Below, in pieces: positions 28,019 to 39,090 of a stretch of 64,000 nucleotides of DNA; position 1 is the stretch's first letter, and each line of letters starts with the position of its first letter. This DNA is from Spirochaetia bacterium. Its GTDB lineage: Bacteria > Spirochaetota > Spirochaetia > SZUA-6 > Bin103. The stretch is taken from NCBI GenBank assembly GCA_965199955.1, contig CBDATQ010000002.1, forward strand, positions 320,001 through 384,000. Reading direction: 5' to 3'. Position numbers and translations under genes: made by a program. The notes beneath the pieces were generated by a model, which was not told the origin of the DNA, ran no database searches, and saw nothing but the letters and a program-made list of their open reading frames with translations.

Positions 28019-28338
28019 CCATCGCGTCCGGGCGCCAGCGGCTGCTCACGATCTTCGTGGCACTGATGATCCCGCTGGCGGTGCTGGTGACCACCTGGAG
28101 CGGGCTGCACCGGCATCTGCTGGCCGAGGAGTTGAAGCAGCTCCAGTACGAGCAGACCGCGTGGCTGGACCGAAACAAGCGGCTGCTGGCGTCGATCGCC
28201 ATCTACCGCTCGCCGCAGCGCATCGCAGAGCTCGCGGAGCAGGAGCTGGGGCTGGCTCCGATCAGCGCCGAGCACGTGACCGTCGTCGAACCGGCGCATC
28301 CGGCGGGCGGTCAGCCGTCCGGGACGGAGTCTTCATGA
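28015..28338 (+). CDS. ftsL: Cell division protein FtsL-like
   Basis: GTGA overlap with rsmH; single TM, coiled coil, SPQRIAELAEQELGL. Confidence 0.85.
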   Translation: MTIASGRQRLLTIFVALMIPLAVLVTTWSGLHRHLLAEELKQLQYEQTAWLDRNKRLLASIAIYRSPQRIAELAEQELGLAPISAEHVTVVEPAHPAGGQPSGTESS

Positions 28339-29732
28339 ACTACACCGTGGACGAGATCGCCGGGATGCTGGGTGCCGGGGTCCGAGGCCGAGCCGAAGCC
28401 CGCGTGTCCCAGGTCATCGCGGACTCGCGGCTCGCTCGAGCGGGGTCCTTGTTCGTGGCTCTGCCGGGGCAGTATGCCGACGGTCACGAGTTCGTGCACG
28501 ACGCGTTCCGGCGTGGAGCCACGGCGGCGCTGGTCCGCCAGGACCGGCACATCGAGCCCGCAGAGCACGGCACGCTGATCGCGGTCGACGATCCGCTGAT
28601 CGCGCTGTATGACCTGGCGTGCGGCCACAGCGCGGTCCATCGCGCCGCGGTGCGCATTGCGGTCACGGGCAGCAGTGGCAAGACCACGACCAAGGAGATC
28701 CTGGGAGCGATACTGCACCGGGCCAGCTGCAGCCTGGTCTCGGAGGCGTCGTTCAACGCCGAGGTCGGCCTGCCGATGTCGGTGCTGCGAATGACCGGAC
28801 AGGAGCGGTTCGCCGTGTTCGAGGTCGGCATCAACTCCATCGGCGAGATGGAGCGCTACGCCGCGCTGGCACGGCCGGACCACGCGCTGATCACCAATAT
28901 CGGCAGCGCACACGTCGGACGGCTCGGCAGTCGCCGCGATATCGCGCGCGAGAAGGGTGCGTTGCTGCGATCGGTCCCGGCGACCGGTTGCGTGTACCTG
29001 CGCGAGCAGGAGCCGGCGGCCGACCTGCTGCTGGCCGGGGTCTGCGCGCGGGTCATCAGGTATGGGGCGAATTCGACGATCGGGTACGAGCGAAGCGAGA
29101 ATCTGGGGCTGGATGGCTGGTCCATCGATTGGGAGGGGCTCCAATTCCGCTTCTCTCTACCCGGTCGTCACAATCTCGACAACGCGCTGGCGGCGCTGAC
29201 GGTGGCCTCGGAGCTGGGATTCGATCCCCAAACCGTCGCCGCCGGGATTGAGGCGGTACGGCCGGCTCGCGGCCGCCTGACCGTGCACCGGGGCCGTTGC
29301 ACGATCATCGATGACGGCTACAACGCCAACCCGGAGTCGGTACGGGCGGCCCTGGTCATGCTGGGCGAGGAGCGATCGCCCGCTCGTCGGGTGGTGGTTC
29401 TGGGACCGATGCTGGAGCTTGGCCGCTACGGTGCCCGCGCGCACCTCGATCTGGCGCAGCCGTTGATCGACGCCGGGATCGACATCCTGTGCTGCTTCGG
29501 GGCGGCCACCCGACCGCTCCGCGACGCGTTCGCCGACCAGATCGGCAGAGCGGACGCGGCGGACCGCGCCATCTGGACGGAAACCATCGAAGGGATCGAC
29601 GGCCGGCTGCGTGCCATCGTGCGGGATGGTGATCTGGTGCTGTTGAAGGCATCTCGCGCCTTCCGCATCGAACGGCTGCTCCCGACGCTGGACGTCGACA
29701 CCTCAGACCCCACGGGCCGGTGCGATGGCTAA
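28335..29732 (+). CDS. murF: UDP-MurNAc-tripeptide--D-Ala-D-Ala ligase
   Basis: DSR...GSLFVALPG...DGH, TGSSGKTTTKE, IDDGYNANPES, LLKASR. Confidence 0.95.
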   Translation: MNYTVDEIAGMLGAGVRGRAEARVSQVIADSRLARAGSLFVALPGQYADGHEFVHDAFRRGATAALVRQDRHIEPAEHGTLIAVDDPLIALYDLACGHSAVHRAAVRIAVTGSSGKTTTKEILGAILHRASCSLVSEASFNAEVGLPMSVLRMTGQERFAVFEVGINSIGEMERYAALARPDHALITNIGSAHVGRLGSRRDIAREKGALLRSVPATGCVYLREQEPAADLLLAGVCARVIRYGANSTIGYERSENLGLDGWSIDWEGLQFRFSLPGRHNLDNALAALTVASELGFDPQTVAAGIEAVRPARGRLTVHRGRCTIIDDGYNANPESVRAALVMLGEERSPARRVVVLGPMLELGRYGARAHLDLAQPLIDAGIDILCCFGAATRPLRDAFADQIGRADAADRAIWTETIEGIDGRLRAIVRDGDLVLLKASRAFRIERLLPTLDVDTSDPTGRCDG

Positions 29733-30903
29733 CGGCGATGCGCCGGCGGGCCACCGCCGCACCGATCTCACGCTGATCGTCATCCTGATCACCCTCACCG
29801 GAATCGGACTGGGGGTGCTGCTGTCGGCTTCGCACTACCGCGCGCAGCACGTGTTCGGCGACTCGCTGTACTTCGTCAGGCGCCAGGCGCTGTTCATCCT
29901 GATCGGGACGATCGCGGCGGTCGTGGTCTCCCGGGTGGACGCAAGGGTCCTGGGGCGCCTGTCGATCCCGCTGCTCGCGCTGTCGGGCGTACTGATGGCG
30001 CTGACGCTGATCCCCGGCATCAGCGAACCGATACAGGGGGCGCGGCGCTGGCTGGTGGTGGCCGGCATCTCCTGCGAACCGTCGGAGCTCGTCAAGTTCA
30101 CTCTGGTGCTGTACCTGGCATCGATGCTGTCACGCAAGTACGACGCCAGAACCGACGCCGTCAATACGCTGCTGCCGCCGGTCATCGTGGTGTGCGTCTT
30201 CGCGGCGCTGATCTACCTGCAGAACGACTTCTCCACCGCGGCGCTGCTGATACTGGTCACCGGCATCATCTTCTTTATCGGTCGGGTGCAGTTCCGGTAC
30301 TTCGTCGCCCTCGCGCTGGTGGGTGCTCCGCTCGCGGCGATGATGATCTTCACGCGCGTCCATCGCGTCGAGCGGGTCATCGCGTTCTTCAATCCGGAGG
30401 CGGATCCGACGGGATTCGGCTACCAGGTGCTGGCGGCACGCCAGGCGCTCACGTCCGGGGGGTTGACCGGGCTCGGGCTCGGCCAAGGCGTCCGCAAGCT
30501 CGGCGATGTTCCGGAGATTCACTCCGACTTCGTGTTTGCGGTCGTGGGCGAGGAGACCGGACTGATCGGCGTCGCGATCGTGCTGGCCCTGTTCGTGGCG
30601 TTCGCCTCCCGCGGCTATCAGATCGCCGGCATGGCTCAGGATCGCTTCGACGCCTACCTGGCGTGCGGGATCACCACGTCCGTGACCGTGCAGGCATTCG
30701 CCAACATCGCCGTGGTCGCCGGCCTGCTGCCGGCAACCGGGATCCCGCTGCCGCTGTTCTCTCACGGAGGATCCGCGATGGTGATGACCTTGGTGATGGC
30801 AGGCGTGCTCTGCGGCATCAGCCGGCGCGCGGCAGGCGCATCACTGGCGTCCGGCGCCGGACTGTCCGGCCGGGTGCGACCCGTGGGAGCGCGCGGTGCG
30901 TAG
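29725..30903 (+). CDS. ftsW: SEDS peptidoglycan glycosyltransferase FtsW
   Basis: GARRW, EPSELVK, GYQ, PEIHSDF, PATGIPLPLFSHGGS. Confidence 0.95.
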   Translation: MANGDAPAGHRRTDLTLIVILITLTGIGLGVLLSASHYRAQHVFGDSLYFVRRQALFILIGTIAAVVVSRVDARVLGRLSIPLLALSGVLMALTLIPGISEPIQGARRWLVVAGISCEPSELVKFTLVLYLASMLSRKYDARTDAVNTLLPPVIVVCVFAALIYLQNDFSTAALLILVTGIIFFIGRVQFRYFVALALVGAPLAAMMIFTRVHRVERVIAFFNPEADPTGFGYQVLAARQALTSGGLTGLGLGQGVRKLGDVPEIHSDFVFAVVGEETGLIGVAIVLALFVAFASRGYQIAGMAQDRFDAYLACGITTSVTVQAFANIAVVAGLLPATGIPLPLFSHGGSAMVMTLVMAGVLCGISRRAAGASLASGAGLSGRVRPVGARGA

Positions 30904-31702
30904 GGCCGCGCTGGCCGTGCTGCTGATCGGCGGCGTGGTGGTGGTGGGACTGCTGACCCAGTTCCTGTTCAGCAGCCTCATCGCCCCGCAGCTCCTGATC
31001 AGAAAGATCGTCGTCTACGGCGAGTTCCCGGTTTCGACCGTGGAATTGAAGCGCATCGCGGGGCTCGACGGTGACGATCACGTCTTCGATGTCGACACCC
31101 AGGCCATCGCCGAGCGGATCGCCGCCCACCCGATGGTCCGATCGGCATCGGTGCGAACCCGCATCCCGGGCACGCTGGAGATCACCGTGACCCGGCGCCA
31201 GCCGCTGGCGATGTCGCTGGCGACGATCGAGGGCCGCAGCGTGCCGGTGGTGTTCGACGCCAGCGGGGTCATCATGGAGGTCGATCCCGGCACGGCGCCG
31301 GAGTTGCCGATCGTGTCCGGGCTTCGCTTCGTCCAGCCGCCACGCCCGGGAGTCATGCTGCCGGAAGAGCTGCTGCCGGCCGTCTCCGCTTTGGCCGCCG
31401 TCAGGGATGGCGACTCACGGCTGTACGGCCTGATCTCGGAAGTGGTGGTAACCACCACCGACACGGGTGCGCTCGACCTGTCGTTCTATCCCAGCATCTA
31501 CCCGGTCTCGGTACGGCTGGGCCCGCGCCTGGACATCAAGGTGATCAGGCATGCGCTCGTGGCGCTCGACGTGCTGGACGCCGACGGCGCGTCGCCCCTT
31601 CCCCGGGAGATCGACTTTCGTGGCGGAGAGGCGGTCTACGTCGAGCCGCCCGCGTCACGGTCGCAGGTAGCTGCTCCGTACGCGCGGTCGACGGATGCGT
31701 GA
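30896..31702 (+). CDS. ftsQ: Cell division protein FtsQ/DivIB
   Basis: N-terminal TM, POTRA domain (HPMVRSASVRTRIPGTLEITV), IDFR; lies between ftsW and ftsA. Confidence 0.88.
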   Translation: MRRAALAVLLIGGVVVVGLLTQFLFSSLIAPQLLIRKIVVYGEFPVSTVELKRIAGLDGDDHVFDVDTQAIAERIAAHPMVRSASVRTRIPGTLEITVTRRQPLAMSLATIEGRSVPVVFDASGVIMEVDPGTAPELPIVSGLRFVQPPRPGVMLPEELLPAVSALAAVRDGDSRLYGLISEVVVTTTDTGALDLSFYPSIYPVSVRLGPRLDIKVIRHALVALDVLDADGASPLPREIDFRGGEAVYVEPPASRSQVAAPYARSTDA

Positions 31703-31716
31703 GGTGAGGGGGTAGC

Positions 31717-32955
31717 GTGGCACGGGAAGATTTGATCGTCGGGTTGGACATCGGCACCAGCAAGGTGTGCGCGATCATCGCGCAGATCGGGCACGAGGGC
31801 GGGCTCGAGATCATCGGCGTCGGCACCACCCCGTCGCGGGGACTGCGCCGCGGCGTGGTCATCAACATCGACGCCACCGTGCGCTCGCTCCTGAACGCCG
31901 TGGAGGCCGCCGAGATGAAGTCCGGCCGGGAAGTCACGGGGACCTTCGCAGGCATCGCCGGCGGCCATATCGAGGGGATCAACTCGCGAGGGGTCGTCGC
32001 CGTCACGGGCAGGGACCGGGAAATCACGCGCGACGACGTGGAGCGCGTAATCGACGCCGCCAAGGCGATCGTCATACCCATGGACCGGGAGGTCGTCCAC
32101 GTGATCCCGCAGGAATTCACCGTCGACCAGCAGGACGGCATACGGGATCCGATCGGGATGATGGGCGTGCGGCTGGAGGCCGAGGTCCACATCATCACCG
32201 GCGCGGTTTCCTCGGCACAGAACATCATCCGCTGCATCAACCGCGCCGGCTTCAAGGCCGACGACATCGTCCTGGAGCCGCTGGCCGCCGCCGCGGCCGT
32301 GCTGAGCAGGGACGAGCAGGAGTTGGGCGTGCTGCTGGTCGACATCGGTGGCGGCACGAGTGACACCCTCGCCTATCTGGACGGTGCACCGTACCTGACC
32401 AATGTTCTCGCGCTCGGCGGCGACCAGGTCACCAGCGACATCTCCATCATGCTGAAGACGCCCATGGAAGTGGCCGAGCGTCTCAAGCACGAGGCGGGGA
32501 GCTGCCATCCCGACGATCTGGACGACGACGAGATCGAAGCCAGCATTCCGGGGGTGGGTGGCCGCCCGCCGCGGCCCATCAAGCGAAGCCGCCTGACGGA
32601 GATCATTCGGCCGCGCATGACCGAAGTGTTCGGGATGGTGAAGGATCAGTTGGACCGTGCCGGGTACCTCAAGCTGCTGAGCGGCGGCGTCGTGCTGACC
32701 GGCGGCGGCGCGCTGCTGCCCGGTGCGGCGGAGTTGGCGACCGACGTGTTGGGACTGCCGGCGCGGATCGGACATCCGAGGCCCATGGGCGGACTGGTGG
32801 AGGAGTACCGCAGCCCGCAGTTCGCGACGGGTGTCGGCCTGGTGATGTACGGCCACGGCAAGCGGCGCCCGGAACACTTCGACATGGATACCAGTGAAAG
32901 CGGCTACGACAGCGTCTGGGACCGCATGAAACGCTGGTTTCGCGAATTCATATGA
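31717..32955 (+). CDS. ftsA: Cell division protein FtsA
   Basis: GLDIGTSKV, VDIGGGT, VLTGGG, amphipathic C-terminus WDRMKRWFREFI. Confidence 0.98.
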   Translation: MAREDLIVGLDIGTSKVCAIIAQIGHEGGLEIIGVGTTPSRGLRRGVVINIDATVRSLLNAVEAAEMKSGREVTGTFAGIAGGHIEGINSRGVVAVTGRDREITRDDVERVIDAAKAIVIPMDREVVHVIPQEFTVDQQDGIRDPIGMMGVRLEAEVHIITGAVSSAQNIIRCINRAGFKADDIVLEPLAAAAAVLSRDEQELGVLLVDIGGGTSDTLAYLDGAPYLTNVLALGGDQVTSDISIMLKTPMEVAERLKHEAGSCHPDDLDDDEIEASIPGVGGRPPRPIKRSRLTEIIRPRMTEVFGMVKDQLDRAGYLKLLSGGVVLTGGGALLPGAAELATDVLGLPARIGHPRPMGGLVEEYRSPQFATGVGLVMYGHGKRRPEHFDMDTSESGYDSVWDRMKRWFREFI

Positions 32956-32967
32956 ATACTATATGAT
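32939..32967 (+). promoter_or_regulatory. Putative internal ftsZ promoter containing a 12-bp palindrome
   Basis: TTCGCG-N17-TATGAT; ATTCATATGAAT palindrome at 32946-32957. Confidence 0.5.
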
Positions 32968-32993
32968 ACCTGTGGTCATCGAAGGAGGGGACG

Positions 32994-34157
32994 ATGACGA
33001 TTGAGATACATGATGGGGAGCCGCGGTCTCTCACCGAGATCAAGGTTCTCGGAGTAGGAGGGGGCGGCAGCAACGCCGTCAACCGCATGATCGCTTCCGG
33101 ACTGCGCAATGTGCGCTTCTTGGCGGTGAACACCGACCTGCAGGCGCTGGAGTTGAGCCGATCGGAGTTGAAGGTGCCGATCGGCTCGCGGCTGACCGCG
33201 GGGCTGGGGGCCGGCGGCGATCCCGAAATCGGCGAGAAGGCGGCGTTGGAGGATCAACAACGGCTCGAGGAGGTGCTCCGCGATGCCAACATGGTGTTCA
33301 TCACCGCCGGCATGGGCGGCGGCACCGGTACCGGCGCCGCTCCCATGATCGCACGCACGGCTCGGGAAGCCGACATCCTGACCGTCGGCGTCGTGACCAA
33401 GCCGTTCGAGTTCGAAGGCGCGCGCAAGATGGCGTTGGCCGAAGACGGGATCGAGCGGCTCCGCAAGGAAGTGGACACCCTGATCATTATTCCCAACCAG
33501 CAGTTGCTGCGGATCGTGGAGAAGAAGACCTCCATGAAGGAAGCGTTCTATCTCGCCGACGACGTGCTGCGCCAGGGGGTGCAGGGCATTTCCGACCTCA
33601 TAACCGAGCCGGGCGAAATCAACATCGACTTCGCCGACGTGCGGACCGTGATGAAGGAAAAGGGCGATGCGTTGATGGGCGTCGGCGTGGGAACGGGGGA
33701 GAATCGCGCCGTGGACGCGGCGACCAACGCCATCAACAACCCGCTCCTGGAGCATGCCCGCATCGACGGGGCGCAGGGGATCCTGGTCAACGTGACCGGG
33801 GGTGAGGATCTGTGTCTCACCGAGTACGAGGACGTGCTCAAGATCATCACCGCCGCCTCCGATGAAGCGCTGGTGATCGCGGGGATGGCGACCAATCCGG
33901 ACCTCAACGACGAGTTGCGCGTGACCGTGATCGCCACGGGCTTCAACCGGGAAGCCGAGCAGGCCGAGCCGGAGGAGGCATCCGACGACGAGGTCGACGT
34001 GTTCTCCTACGAGGAGTGGATGAGCCTGAACGGCGGCCGGGGAAGTCGCAACGGCGGGGCGCACCGGGGGCGCGCGGACGATGATCTGAACGTCCCGGCG
34101 GTGCTGCGAGAACAGCAGCGCGCTGCCCACCTCGAGTCCCGGCAGACCGAACCCTGA
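32994..34157 (+). CDS. ftsZ: Cell division protein FtsZ
   Basis: [27 protein letters not shown]-terminal [10 protein letters not shown]; strong AAGGAGG SD. Confidence 0.99.
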   Translation: MTIEIHDGEPRSLTEIKVLGVGGGGSNAVNRMIASGLRNVRFLAVNTDLQALELSRSELKVPIGSRLTAGLGAGGDPEIGEKAALEDQQRLEEVLRDANMVFITAGMGGGTGTGAAPMIARTAREADILTVGVVTKPFEFEGARKMALAEDGIERLRKEVDTLIIIPNQQLLRIVEKKTSMKEAFYLADDVLRQGVQGISDLITEPGEINIDFADVRTVMKEKGDALMGVGVGTGENRAVDAATNAINNPLLEHARIDGAQGILVNVTGGEDLCLTEYEDVLKIITAASDEALVIAGMATNPDLNDELRVTVIATGFNREAEQAEPEEASDDEVDVFSYEEWMSLNGGRGSRNGGAHRGRADDDLNVPAVLREQQRAAHLESRQTEP

Positions 34158-35044
34158 GCGAGCTCGACGCTGACTTCGGCGCGCACCTGAGCGCCGAGCT
34201 CGCGCTGGCCGCGACGAGCGTGGCCACGTACCGGCAGGAGTGCCGGACGTTCGAATACTTCTGCGTCGAGCGCGGCATCGCGATCGCGAACGCCCGCGCC
34301 GCCGACATCATCGACTACCTGATCGAGCGCCAGCGGGGCGGGATCGACGCTCGCACCGCGGCCAAGTCGGTCAGCGCGCTGCGAGCGCTGTATCGATTCC
34401 TGCAGGCAGAAGGAAGAGCAGCGGCGAATCCGGCCGCGTTGATCGATCCGCCGCGGCCGACGCGCAAGCTGCCTGCCGTCCTCAGCCCCTCCGACGTGGA
34501 TCGCGTGCTGGCAGCCGTGGACACGAGCACGCCGTCCGGGCTGCGCGACCGGGCGCTGTTCGAAATGATCTATTCCTGTGGGCTGCGGGTCAGCGAGGCG
34601 GTGGCGCTGCAGGTGACCTCCCTGCATCAGGACCAGGGCTTCGTCACGGTATCCGGCAAGGGCGGGCGTCAGCGCCTGGTGCCGCTGATGGGCGAGGCGC
34701 TCGACTGGATTCAGCGCTATCTGCAAGACGGCCGGCCGGTGCTGGCCGCGCATGCGGGAGAGGCGGCTCTGTTCCTCAACCGCTCGGGTCGGCGGCTCAC
34801 ACGCGCCGGCATGTGGAAGCGGTTCCAGGAGGCCGCCGTAAAGGCGGGGGTCGGCGGCAAGCTGCACGCACTGCGTCACTCGTTTGCCACCCACCTGCTG
34901 GGGGGAGGCGCCGATCTTCTTTCCGTGCAGGAACTGCTCGGTCACGCGGATATCACAACCACCCAGATCTACACCCACCTGGACGCCACCGATTTACGTG
35001 ACGCGCACCGCCGTCACCATCCGCGAGGGAGCGCCGGAACCTAA
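34154..35044 (+). CDS. xerD: Tyrosine recombinase, XerD-like
   Basis: [37 protein letters not shown]. The N-terminal helix extends back to a CTG overlapping the ftsZ stop. Confidence 0.9.
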   Translation: MSELDADFGAHLSAELALAATSVATYRQECRTFEYFCVERGIAIANARAADIIDYLIERQRGGIDARTAAKSVSALRALYRFLQAEGRAAANPAALIDPPRPTRKLPAVLSPSDVDRVLAAVDTSTPSGLRDRALFEMIYSCGLRVSEAVALQVTSLHQDQGFVTVSGKGGRQRLVPLMGEALDWIQRYLQDGRPVLAAHAGEAALFLNRSGRRLTRAGMWKRFQEAAVKAGVGGKLHALRHSFATHLLGGGADLLSVQELLGHADITTTQIYTHLDATDLRDAHRRHHPRGSAGT

Positions 35045-35093
35045 AGCACCGCGGACGTGCTGCCGTTTGTATGGTCGGAGGACGCAAGCGCGG

Positions 35094-36137
35094 TTGCAGG
35101 ACGGGGAACGGGTTACGGGGGCTGATGGACGCTGTCGGGAAGCGGCCGGCGATCTTCTCGTCGCCGCCCTGGCGATCGATCGCATCGGCTGCCTGAACGC
35201 GATGGAGAAGCTGCGCTTGCTCGATCGCGCCCCGGACGTGAGTGCCGTCTCGCGACTCACTCCCCGCATGGTGCGGGAGGTGTCGGCGCGCCGCCTGCGC
35301 GCCGTCCCGGAGGAGCCCGGCAGGCTCGTGGAGGCCGCGGCGCGGGAACGATCGCGCTTGACGCAGCTTGGCGGAGGCTGCATGTTGTACGGCAGCAGGC
35401 GGTATCCGCCGCTGCTGACGGCGATCCACGATCCGCCGTTCCTGCTGTACTACCGTGGCCATCACCCTGAGCTTCTCGCGTCCGCCGATCACCTGTCGGT
35501 CGTCGGCACCCGTCGCCCGTCTGGGGCGGGCCGGCGCGCGGCGTTCGAGGTCGGATTCCAGGCGGCACGGCGGGGCGCGACCGTAGTGTCGGGGCTTGCG
35601 CGTGGCGTCGACACGGAGGCTCACCGGGGTTGCGTGGCCGCCGGCGGCCGCACGGTGGCCGTCCTGGGAACCGGCGTCGACACGATCTATCCGGCTTCGA
35701 GCGCATCGGTGGCGCGTTCCCTGATCGCCGCCGACGGCCTTCTCCTCTCCGAGTACCCGCTGGGCACGCAGCCGCGCCGGCATCATTTCCCGTGCCGGAA
35801 CCGGATCATCAGCGGCCTGTCGACCACGCTCGTCGTGATCCAGGCGCCGGAGGGATCCGGAGCGCTGATCACGGCCGACCATGCTCTCGATCAGGGCCGG
35901 GAGGTGGTGGTGCATGCTGCCGGCCTGGGTGACGCGCAGTGTTCAGCCGGCAGCGACGCACTGGCGGCCGACGGCGCTCACGTCATCGAAACCGCCGCCG
36001 GCGCGCGTGCACGGGTTCCGGGCCCGGTCAGGGGTGATGCCGGCGTGGGCAAGAGGCTCTCGCGGTCGCTGCAGGCAGAGCTGACCGGCGCGTCGTCCTG
36101 CTACGGGGGTGATGCCTACGGGGGTGATGATGGTTGA
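35094..36137 (+). CDS. dprA: DNA-processing protein DprA/Smf
   Basis: YPPLL..IHDPP, VVGTR, VSGLARGVD, FPCRNRIISGLS, SGALITA. Start uncertain. Confidence 0.93.
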   Translation: MQDGERVTGADGRCREAAGDLLVAALAIDRIGCLNAMEKLRLLDRAPDVSAVSRLTPRMVREVSARRLRAVPEEPGRLVEAAARERSRLTQLGGGCMLYGSRRYPPLLTAIHDPPFLLYYRGHHPELLASADHLSVVGTRRPSGAGRRAAFEVGFQAARRGATVVSGLARGVDTEAHRGCVAAGGRTVAVLGTGVDTIYPASSASVARSLIAADGLLLSEYPLGTQPRRHHFPCRNRIISGLSTTLVVIQAPEGSGALITADHALDQGREVVVHAAGLGDAQCSAGSDALAADGAHVIETAAGARARVPGPVRGDAGVGKRLSRSLQAELTGASSCYGGDAYGGDDG

Positions 36138-37047
36138 CACCTTCGTCGCCTATCTCAACGCCGTCCGGCACAGTTCCCCCGCCACCGTCGCTGCGTATCG
36201 GCGGGAGGTGGAGCGTTTTCTGCGCTCTACCGGCACCGAGGATCCCCGTTCGGTCCAGCCCGCTGCCGTACGCCGTTATCTCGCCACGCTCGCGCAGGGG
36301 GGCTTGGGCCCACGGTCGGTGAATCGGGCGATAAGTGCAATCCGCTCCTTCTATCGATTCCTGCGGCGTTATGACGCCGACACTCCGGATCCCACCGCGG
36401 GTCTGCGCGGCCTGCGCGCCGATTCGCAGTTGCCCGTCTTCCTGTTCGAGGACGAGGCCGCGGCCATGTTGGACTCCGCGACGGTGCTGGGCTCCGCGGC
36501 CGAGCCGCCGGGAGACGGCCTGACGGCCGTGCGGGACGCGGCGCTGCTGGAGTTCCTGTACGCGACCGGTTGCCGCGTCGCGGAGGCAGCGGCACTGCGG
36601 TTCGAAGACGTTCAGCTCGAAGCGCGTACCGCCCGGGTGACCGGCAAGGGAGGCAAGCAGCGGATGGTCTACCTGACGGAGTCGGCGGCCCGCTCGCTGC
36701 GAACGTACCTGCGCGACCGGTTCGCCGCGAACCCCGAGTCGCGGTCGGTGCCCGCAGTCTTTCTCAACCGGCGGGGCGGCGCCCTCAGCGACCGCGGCAT
36801 GCGCCTTGCGGTAAGCCGCTACCGCCACCAGGTCGGCAAGCCGGTCTCGCCGCACACCTTCCGGCACAGCTTCGCGACGCACCTGCTCAACGGCGGCGCC
36901 GACATCCGCACGGTGCAGGAGCTGCTTGGCCACGCCAGCCTGTCCACCACCCAGGTCTATACCCACACCAGCGTGGACCGGCTCCGTGACGTCTATGCCG
37001 TCGCCCACCCCCACGCCCGGCTGGCCCGCCCGGGAACCGCGACGTGA
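36130..37047 (+). CDS. xerC: Tyrosine recombinase, XerC-like
   Basis: [48 protein letters not shown]. Confidence 0.9.
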   Translation: MVDTFVAYLNAVRHSSPATVAAYRREVERFLRSTGTEDPRSVQPAAVRRYLATLAQGGLGPRSVNRAISAIRSFYRFLRRYDADTPDPTAGLRGLRADSQLPVFLFEDEAAAMLDSATVLGSAAEPPGDGLTAVRDAALLEFLYATGCRVAEAAALRFEDVQLEARTARVTGKGGKQRMVYLTESAARSLRTYLRDRFAANPESRSVPAVFLNRRGGALSDRGMRLAVSRYRHQVGKPVSPHTFRHSFATHLLNGGADIRTVQELLGHASLSTTQVYTHTSVDRLRDVYAVAHPHARLARPGTAT

Positions 37048-37631
37048 CCGCACGCGACGGGTGGGCGCACGCCACCACCGTGGTCGCCGTCCGCCGCGAC
37101 GGCACGCTGGCACTGGCGGCCGACGGTCAGGTCTCCCTGGAGGCGACCGTGGTGAAGAGCACCGCGCGCAAGGTGCGAACGCTGATGGGCGGCAGGATCG
37201 CGGTCGGCTTCGCCGGCGGCACGGCGGACGCCTTCACGCTGTTCGAACGCTTCGAGGCGAAGGTGAAGGAGTTCGGCGGGGACTTGATGCGTGCGTCGGT
37301 GGAGCTGGCAAAGGAGTGGCGTTCCGATCGGGTTCTGCGGCGGTTGGAGGCGTTGCTGGTCGCGGGGGACGCGCACGCCACGTTTCTGATCACCGGCAAC
37401 GGCGACGTGCTGGAGCCGGATCACCCTGTTGTGGGGATCGGTTCGGGAGGCGCATACGCCGCCGCCGCGGCGCGTGCCTACCTGGACGCCTCGGATCTCC
37501 CGGCTCGCGAGATAGCCCAGCGCGCGATGGCGATCGCCGCCGACATCTGCGTGTATACGAACGACCGGATCGTCATCGAGGAGGTTTCGCCCAAGGCCGA
37601 TTCGCCCAAGGAGAGGGTCGATGACCGTTGA
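37044..37631 (+). CDS. hslV: ATP-dependent protease peptidase subunit HslV
   Basis: [10 protein letters not shown] (N-terminal Thr after a short propeptide), [19 protein letters not shown]. Confidence 0.96.
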   Translation: MTARDGWAHATTVVAVRRDGTLALAADGQVSLEATVVKSTARKVRTLMGGRIAVGFAGGTADAFTLFERFEAKVKEFGGDLMRASVELAKEWRSDRVLRRLEALLVAGDAHATFLITGNGDVLEPDHPVVGIGSGGAYAAAAARAYLDASDLPAREIAQRAMAIAADICVYTNDRIVIEEVSPKADSPKERVDDR

Positions 37632-38997
37632 TCTGGACCAGTTGACGCCGGCGCAGATCGTCGAGCAGCTCGATCGCTATATCGTCGGTCAGCACAGGGC
37701 CAAGCGGGCAGTCGCCATCGCGCTGCGCAACCGGATGCGCAGGCGCAGGCTGCCGAGCGAGTTGCGCGACGAGGTTTCCCCCAAGAACATCGTCATGATC
37801 GGGCCCACCGGCGTCGGCAAGACCGAGATCGCACGACGGCTGGCCAAGCTGTGTGGCGCTCCGTTTCTGAAAGTGGAAGCCACCAAGTACACGGAAGTCG
37901 GCTACGTCGGCCGCGACGTGGAGTCCATGATCCGCGACCTGACCTCCGTGGCGGTAGCAATGGTCAAGGCGGAAGAGCAGGCAGGCGTCCAGGAAGAGGC
38001 GGAACGTCGGGTCGAGGACCACCTGCTGGAGCTGCTGCTGCCCGGGCCGGGGCCAGGGGGCGGGCCGGGGCCGGCGGCTGCCACTCCCGCCGCCGACGCG
38101 GCCAAGCCTGAAGCCGGAAACAGCACCGCGGACAAGCTTCGTGAGAAACTGCGGGCGGGCGACCTGGACGATCGGCCGGTGGAGGTCACCGTCAGCGCCC
38201 AGCAGATGCCCAACGTGTCCATCCTGTCCGGGCAGGGAGTCGAGGAGATGGACCTCAACTTCAGCAACTTCTCCAGCCTGTTGGGCGGCAAGGCCACCAA
38301 GAAGAAGAAGGCGTCGATCAAGCGAGCGCGGCAGATGCTGTTGAACGAGGAGATCGACCGGCTGGTTGACATGGACCGGGTTTCGGAGTTGGCGGTAGAA
38401 CGTGTACAGGAGATGGGGATCATCTTCCTGGACGAGCTGGACAAGATCGCGTCACGCGAGGGCCGCAACGGCGTGGACGTCTCGAGGGAGGGCGTGCAGC
38501 GCGACATCCTTCCGATCGTCGAGGGCAGCAAGGTCAATACGCGACACGGCGTGGTTGACACCACGCACGTGCTGTTCATCGCCGCTGGCGCGTTTCACAT
38601 GTCCAAGCCTTCGGATCTGATCCCGGAGCTCCAGGGCCGTTTCCCGATTCGCGTCGAGTTGCAGCAGCTGTCCCGTGAGGACTTCGAACGAATCCTCACG
38701 CAGCCGGAGAACGCCCTGATCAAGCAGTACACGGAGTTGCTCGGGACCGAGGGGGTCGAGCTCGAATTCACCCCGGAAGCGATCGTGCGCATCTCCGAAG
38801 TCGCGAATGAGGTGAACTCCAGCACCGAGAATATCGGAGCGCGCAGGCTGCACACGATTCTGGAACACATCCTCGAGGAGGTGTCGTTCCACGCACCCGA
38901 CGCAAAGGGGCAGAAGATTACGGTGACCGACCAGTACGTGGACGAACGGCTGGCCGGCGTCATCGAGGATCGTGACCTGACGCGCTTCATCCTGTAG
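37621..38997 (+). CDS. hslU: ATP-dependent protease ATPase subunit HslU
   Basis: [34 protein letters not shown]-terminal DLTRFIL. Confidence 0.98.
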   Translation: MTVDLDQLTPAQIVEQLDRYIVGQHRAKRAVAIALRNRMRRRRLPSELRDEVSPKNIVMIGPTGVGKTEIARRLAKLCGAPFLKVEATKYTEVGYVGRDVESMIRDLTSVAVAMVKAEEQAGVQEEAERRVEDHLLELLLPGPGPGGGPGPAAATPAADAAKPEAGNSTADKLREKLRAGDLDDRPVEVTVSAQQMPNVSILSGQGVEEMDLNFSNFSSLLGGKATKKKKASIKRARQMLLNEEIDRLVDMDRVSELAVERVQEMGIIFLDELDKIASREGRNGVDVSREGVQRDILPIVEGSKVNTRHGVVDTTHVLFIAAGAFHMSKPSDLIPELQGRFPIRVELQQLSREDFERILTQPENALIKQYTELLGTEGVELEFTPEAIVRISEVANEVNSSTENIGARRLHTILEHILEEVSFHAPDAKGQKITVTDQYVDERLAGVIEDRDLTRFIL

Positions 38998-39024
38998 CAG
39001 GACTCCCATTCCACCTGGCGCACG

Positions 39025-39053
39025 TTGACGGCCCACCCGTCCCGGGTTAGGTT
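39025..39053 (+). promoter_or_regulatory. Sigma70-type promoter in the hslU-fliA gap
   Basis: TTGACG-N17-TAGGTT. Confidence 0.6.
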
Positions 39054-39090
39054 CGGGGTTCGTTTCGGCGTCACTGGGAGGGGACACTGA

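Noticed and set aside
26679..34157. Missing mraY, murD, murE, murG, murC and ddl as evidence of cell-wall loss
   Set aside because: Short dcw clusters are normal in spirochetes, and murF, ftsW and ftsI have intact motifs.
34154..37047. Two tyrosine recombinases as a sign of an integrated element
   Set aside because: Both are XerC/XerD-like in the conserved ftsZ-dprA-hslVU context, with no att repeats, cargo genes or compositional shift.
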